The notes beneath the pieces are model-generated. The model worked only from the letters and a program-made list of their open reading frames with translations. It ran no database searches and was not told the DNA's origin. This document shows positions 55,551-59,122 of a stretch of 59,122 nt of DNA, piece by piece. A program made the position numbers and the translations under genes. Position 1 is the first letter of the stretch, and each line of letters opens with the position of its first letter. The DNA is from Candidatus Adlerbacteria bacterium RIFOXYC1_FULL_48_26 (GTDB taxonomy: Bacteria > Patescibacteriota > Minisyncoccia > Phycocordibacterales > SBAW01), in NCBI GenBank assembly GCA_001773575.1, contig MEXB01000012.1:1-59122 (forward strand), read 5' to 3'.

Positions 55551-55565
55551 ATGTATGAATTTTAT

Positions 55566-56588
55566 TTAATTGTCACCCTTCCCTCCCTTTCCCAGACGCA
55601 CTTCCGCATCGAGCTGTTGGAGAATCTCTGCTTGCGCAGAGAGCGATGCACGGAGAGTACGAACGAAGCTGCGAGAATTATTTTGCTTTACTGTTGTCGT
55701 TGCTGTACTTGTAGCCTTTACTGCCACAGATGGGGCCTGCGTTGGCTCAGTAGCGCGCGTTGTTGAAGCAGACTTTTGTGAAGTTGAATATGTTCCAACT
55801 GTTTTTGCACTGCGTGCGGTCGGAGCAGATGGGGGCACCTCTTCGATATCTTTTGATGACGTTGTCTGGATACTTATTGAGAGCATCGTAGGCGCCGTAG
55901 CTGTTATTGCAACGTCTCCATCATCTGAATCTGAGTCAGAGGATGCCGGCTCTGCTGGCTCTACTGGTTCTGCCATCATTGTTGCAACAACAGCCGTATC
56001 TGGAGCCATGTCATCTGAATCTTCATCAGAAGAAGCAGACACAGCTACAGTGACAGCAACTCCCGTGTCTTGATTTGAAACAGGCGAATCATCTTCGTCA
56101 TCTCCAGTGTCTTCTGAATCAATGTCTGCAACAAGCGCAAGCGCTGCTTTAGCATGAGCATTGTAGCTTTCTGAAATTTCCTGCACCACCTTAGGGGTGA
56201 GTGTCCCCTGTCCAGACATTGTCTGAGCCTCTTGCACGCGAGCGCTTGCAATGTCGGCATTCGCTTGCGCCTTAGCCTGCACTGTTGGAGCAAGTGCCAC
56301 TTTTAGGGGCTCTACGATTTTTGTTTTTACCGGGTATAGAGGAGATCCCGGAAGCGAGCCCTCAGACGCATACGCACTGCCAGTCGAGAAGATCACAAGC
56401 AACGCAACGCCAAGCATCGCCAAAGAGCGTGGCGCAAACATCCATACGTATGGGCTAGGTGTAGAAATAGGGGCCGACGAAGAAGGAGCCGTTTCTTGTT
56501 GTATACGAAAACGCATTGCGCTTTTCTCTGCGCTTGTCATACGGATATTCTCCGCCGCTTTTTTAAAATGTTGTTCTAGGTCGTTCAT
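55566..56588 (-). CDS. putative anti-sigma factor / DUF5667-like membrane protein
   Basis: 340 aa. Cytoplasmic N-terminus, TM helix LAMLGVALLVIFSTGSAYA, PGSPLYPVK motif, and acidic Ser/Asp-rich low complexity. Overlaps the sigma gene stop by 4 nt. Confidence 0.65.
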   Translation of the reverse strand: MNDLEQHFKKAAENIRMTSAEKSAMRFRIQQETAPSSSAPISTPSPYVWMFAPRSLAMLGVALLVIFSTGSAYASEGSLPGSPLYPVKTKIVEPLKVALAPTVQAKAQANADIASARVQEAQTMSGQGTLTPKVVQEISESYNAHAKAALALVADIDSEDTGDDEDDSPVSNQDTGVAVTVAVSASSDEDSDDMAPDTAVVATMMAEPVEPAEPASSDSDSDDGDVAITATAPTMLSISIQTTSSKDIEEVPPSAPTARSAKTVGTYSTSQKSASTTRATEPTQAPSVAVKATSTATTTVKQNNSRSFVRTLRASLSAQAEILQQLDAEVRLGKGGKGDN

Positions 56589-57127
56589 AGTGGTTGTTCT
56601 TCCTTTAGGATCTGCTGCAATTTCTTTATTCCACGGTGGATACGGACCGATACTGTGTTTTCACTTTCACCCAAGCTTTCGGCAATCTCTCGTGGCGATA
56701 GCCCATCGAGATACCGGAGCATAAGTACAGTCTTGTGTTGCTCCCCCAACTGCTCAAGCGCGGCAAGCGCCTTTGCACCATCAAACCGCACGATAGCGGC
56801 TTCGAGCTCGTTGGTCTCATCTCGCAGCAATTCTCCTTCCATCATAACGCTGGTCTCTTCATTAGAGAGCATTGCATCCAGGGACTGAGTCTTGTGTTTG
56901 CGATATTCATCAATAATTAGGTTATTGAGAATACGATATAGAAAGGAACGCCATTGGCGGATCTCTTCAGCCCCCTCCTTTGAGACATGGTTCCATGCCT
57001 TAAAGAAAGTTTCCTGGGTCAATTCCAGAGCGCGTTCACGCTCTGAAAGACGCAAAAACGCATGCCTGAATAGTTCATCAGAATGCTTCTCGAATATATC
57101 CCCAAATTCCTTCTGTTTATCCTCCAT
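56585..57127 (-). CDS. ECF-type RNA polymerase sigma factor
   Basis: 180 aa. Region 2 (FRHAFLRLSERERALELTQETFFKAW) and region 4 HTH (REIAESLGESENTVSVRIHRGIKKL). Confidence 0.88.
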   Translation of the reverse strand: MEDKQKEFGDIFEKHSDELFRHAFLRLSERERALELTQETFFKAWNHVSKEGAEEIRQWRSFLYRILNNLIIDEYRKHKTQSLDAMLSNEETSVMMEGELLRDETNELEAAIVRFDGAKALAALEQLGEQHKTVLMLRYLDGLSPREIAESLGESENTVSVRIHRGIKKLQQILKEEQPL

Positions 57128-57174
57128 ATGAGTAGACGTAGGTTATTGTACCGCATTACCTAAAAAGGGCTGAT

Positions 57175-57717
57175 ATGTTATACTGCCTTCACAAAACCGC
57201 TTTGGATACTCGCATCAATAAACAAATACGTGCAGCCGAGCTTCGCGTTATAGGCGCAGAGGGAGAAAACTTTGGGGTCATTACCCTTGCAGAAGCGCTC
57301 TCTCACGCTGACGCGGCTGGCCTCGATCTTATAGAAATCTCCCCTAACGCCGTGCCTCCAGTTGCCAAGATAATGGAGTTCGGAAAGTACCAGTACGAAC
57401 AGGAGAAGAAGCGTAAAGAAATCAAAGCCAAGTCTCACACAACAGAGACCAAGTCCGTCCAGGTGAAGATAGGTACCGGCGAAAACGACATGATGCTTAA
57501 GGCAAAGCGCGCCGCAGAGTGGCTTGGTGAAGGTCATCGCGTCAAAGTAGACCTCTTCCTATGGGGCCGCTATAAGTATATGGAATTCGCTTTCTTGAAG
57601 GAGCGTCTAGAGCGCTTTTTGAAGATTATCCCCGCAGAGTACAAGCTCAGCGACCCAATAACTAAGAGCCCAAAAGGCCTAAGTACGGTCATAGAGCGCA
57701 CAGGTGCCAAGAAATAG
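57175..57717 (+). CDS. infC: translation initiation factor IF-3
   Basis: INKQIRAAELRVIG..., LDLIEISPNAVPPVAKIMEFGKYQYE. Here an ATG with an AAGGG SD is available, so no AUU start is needed. Confidence 0.9.
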   Translation: MLYCLHKTALDTRINKQIRAAELRVIGAEGENFGVITLAEALSHADAAGLDLIEISPNAVPPVAKIMEFGKYQYEQEKKRKEIKAKSHTTETKSVQVKIGTGENDMMLKAKRAAEWLGEGHRVKVDLFLWGRYKYMEFAFLKERLERFLKIIPAEYKLSDPITKSPKGLSTVIERTGAKK

Positions 57718-57766
57718 CCCACCGCTTGAACTTCTAGAGTCATGGTGGTATAGTGTGCGGGTCTTT

Positions 57767-57792
57767 CAAAAAGGCCTGTTCGAGGCCTTTTT
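57767..57792 (+). promoter_or_regulatory. terminator-like hairpin between infC and rpmI (possible attenuator)
   Basis: aaaaaggcct-gttcg-aggccttttt, 15 nt upstream of the rpmI ATG. Confidence 0.45.
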
Positions 57793-57806
57793 GGTTGAGA
57801 AACCCT

Positions 57807-58007
57807 ATGAAAACAAACAAGTCATTTACGAAGCGCATCAAGATTACCAAGAACGGTAAGATTGTTGCCCGCAAGCCAGGACAGAACCATTTCAATGCGA
57901 AAGAGGGTCGCTCAACCCAGATGGGTAATAACCGTTCCCAACTACTTACTTTGGCTCCAAAGGTTTCGCAGCGCTATATTGGCACTGCTTCCCCATCAAA
58001 ACGTTAA
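57807..58007 (+). CDS. rpmI: 50S ribosomal protein L35
   Basis: Start at the ATG at 57807 (MKTNKSFTKRIKITKNGKIVARKPGQNHF...). Sits in the infC-rpmI-rplT order. Confidence 0.88.
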   Translation: MKTNKSFTKRIKITKNGKIVARKPGQNHFNAKEGRSTQMGNNRSQLLTLAPKVSQRYIGTASPSKR

Positions 58008-58027
58008 TCTATTTTTAATTCACTACT

Positions 58028-58378
58028 ATGGCACGCTCAAAAGGAGGAGTAAATTCACTAAAACGACGCAAGAATATTCTTGCAATGACCAAAGGCTACC
58101 GCTTTGGCCGCTCTACAAAAAAGAAGCAGGCTCGTGAAGCTATCTTCCACGCTGGTAAGTACGCCTTCGCCCACCGCCGCGATAAGAAGAACGACTACCG
58201 CAAACTCTGGAACGTTCGCATTAACGCAGGCCTCGATATGATTGACGAGAAGTTCTCATACAGCAAATTCATCGGCGCCCTCAAGAAAGCAAACATTGAG
58301 ATAAACCGCAAAATGCTTTCTGCTCTCGCAGAACAATCTCCAGAAACCTTTGCTCGAATCGTAGCCAAAGTAAAATAA
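58028..58378 (+). CDS. rplT: 50S ribosomal protein L20
   Basis: 116 aa. MARSKGGV...RRKNIL..TKGYRFGRS...A.....A..YA...RR.KK..+R.LW..RINA. Confidence 0.93.
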   Translation: MARSKGGVNSLKRRKNILAMTKGYRFGRSTKKKQAREAIFHAGKYAFAHRRDKKNDYRKLWNVRINAGLDMIDEKFSYSKFIGALKKANIEINRKMLSALAEQSPETFARIVAKVK

Positions 58379-58408
58379 AAAAAGACCTCCGATCGGAGGT
58401 CTTTTTTT
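58377..58408. terminator. bidirectional rho-independent terminator
   Basis: agacctcc-gatc-ggaggtct, flanked by an A-run and a T-run. Lies between convergent rplT and the LOG-like gene. Confidence 0.8.
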
Positions 58409-59024
58409 ATCCAATCTCTTGAGGTGCTTGAGCTATAACAGGCGTGTGAGTCGGCATTCTCGATGCCCTCTCTTTCTTTACAAGCTCTATAACCTTTTCA
58501 ACAAGGCGTCCTGGGTCGCTATCAAAAACGATATTCTCGCTAGAACGATGACCATTATCGAGTATTTGTTTGATCACTTCATCGGTCTCCCAAGACCCTT
58601 CAAGAATACCCATTGGTTTGCCATCTTCAAAGGCAACGGTAAATTCGTGTACAGTGCCAATGCGTCCACAGCCAAAGAGCATACCGTCGGTTGAATGGGT
58701 GAAGATAATATCGCGCCCTGGAAAACCGAAGCCGGTGTACAAGATAAGGTCCATATACTCCAGAGGTAGGTTGTAGATTTCAACGTGCTCTTTTTCTGAA
58801 CTTGCCGGAGAAACACCTATAGAAATTCCGTTCGCTTCCTTTATACCCATAGCCGACCACATAGGAAAACCCGTGGTGGCTCCTGTAAGGAGAATGGCTC
58901 CGTGTGCAGCAATCTGTCGCCCGAGCTCCATGCCCTTTTCATATGCATCTATTCCACAGTGGCCGGTCTCTGCTGCACCCGATACACCGAGTTTTATTTT
59001 CTGTCCCTGTTCAAGTAGTTCCAT
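58407..59024 (-). CDS. LOG/TIGR00725-family Rossmann-fold protein
   Basis: 205 aa. LLTGATTG, then GCGRIGTVHEF (the GGxGTxxE-like motif of lysine-decarboxylase-like/LOG proteins). Confidence 0.65.
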   Translation of the reverse strand: MELLEQGQKIKLGVSGAAETGHCGIDAYEKGMELGRQIAAHGAILLTGATTGFPMWSAMGIKEANGISIGVSPASSEKEHVEIYNLPLEYMDLILYTGFGFPGRDIIFTHSTDGMLFGCGRIGTVHEFTVAFEDGKPMGILEGSWETDEVIKQILDNGHRSSENIVFDSDPGRLVEKVIELVKKERASRMPTHTPVIAQAPQEIG

Positions 59025-59034
59025 TATTCAAATA

Positions 59035-59122
59035 TTATAACTCCACTTGAGCTTGCGTGCCTGCGTCTGGAGTTAGAGCGCGAATGCCCACATACTCGCG
59101 AATGCGCTGGGCTAAAAACGCT
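59035..59122 (-). CDS. 3' end of an unidentified gene (5' part off window)
   Basis: My own translation of the minus strand: ...AFLAQRIREYVGIRALTPDAGTQAQVEL-stop (TAA at 59037-59035). Only 29 codons are visible. Confidence 0.3.
   Translation of the reverse strand, partial: AFLAQRIREYVGIRALTPDAGTQAQVEL

Overview
This 59-kb window looks like a small-genome bacterium of the Patescibacteria/CPR type. That lineage call is an inference from gene content, not a database hit. Backbone G+C is about 45-50% by hand count. The genetic code is standard: TGA is used as a stop and an RF2 gene is present.

Housekeeping backbone:
- csp, a SERCA-like P-type ATPase and an rluF-like pseudouridine synthase
- pyrG, ftsEX, prfB, gatCA and ligA
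- malic enzyme, recG, ftsH and smpB-ssrA
- an ECF sigma/anti-sigma pair and infC-rpmI-rplT

RNA genes: eleven tRNAs, a tmRNA and one SRP-like structured RNA.

Main blocks:
- A 12-kb minus-strand type IV pilus-like cluster spans 23.2-35.4 kb. It carries pilM, N- and O-like genes, pilB, pilT, pilC, two major pilins, pilD, three pseudopilins and a 505-aa glycine-rich pseudopilin. No secretin is visible.
- The main accessory hotspot spans 36.2-45.1 kb around tRNA-Ser(GCT). On its 3' side lies a copper-resistance island (csoR-copA-DUF305-HMA/DsbD-like-cupredoxin). A 24-nt copy of the tRNA 3' end and nested, order-permuted direct repeats bracket this island, and it also holds a 5'-truncated ThiF/E1-like remnant. 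On the tRNA's 5' side lies a roughly 65% G+C block carrying aspartokinase.
- A low-GC two-gene islet (519-aa protein plus a single-pass membrane protein) sits next to tRNA-Gln. It is the best candidate here for an uncharacterised, possibly defence-type module.

Unusual tRNAs: Ser(ACU) with A34, Ile(UAU), and an atypical initiator.

I saw no CRISPR array, integrase, transposase or rRNA. All family assignments come from motif recognition by eye and need a database check.
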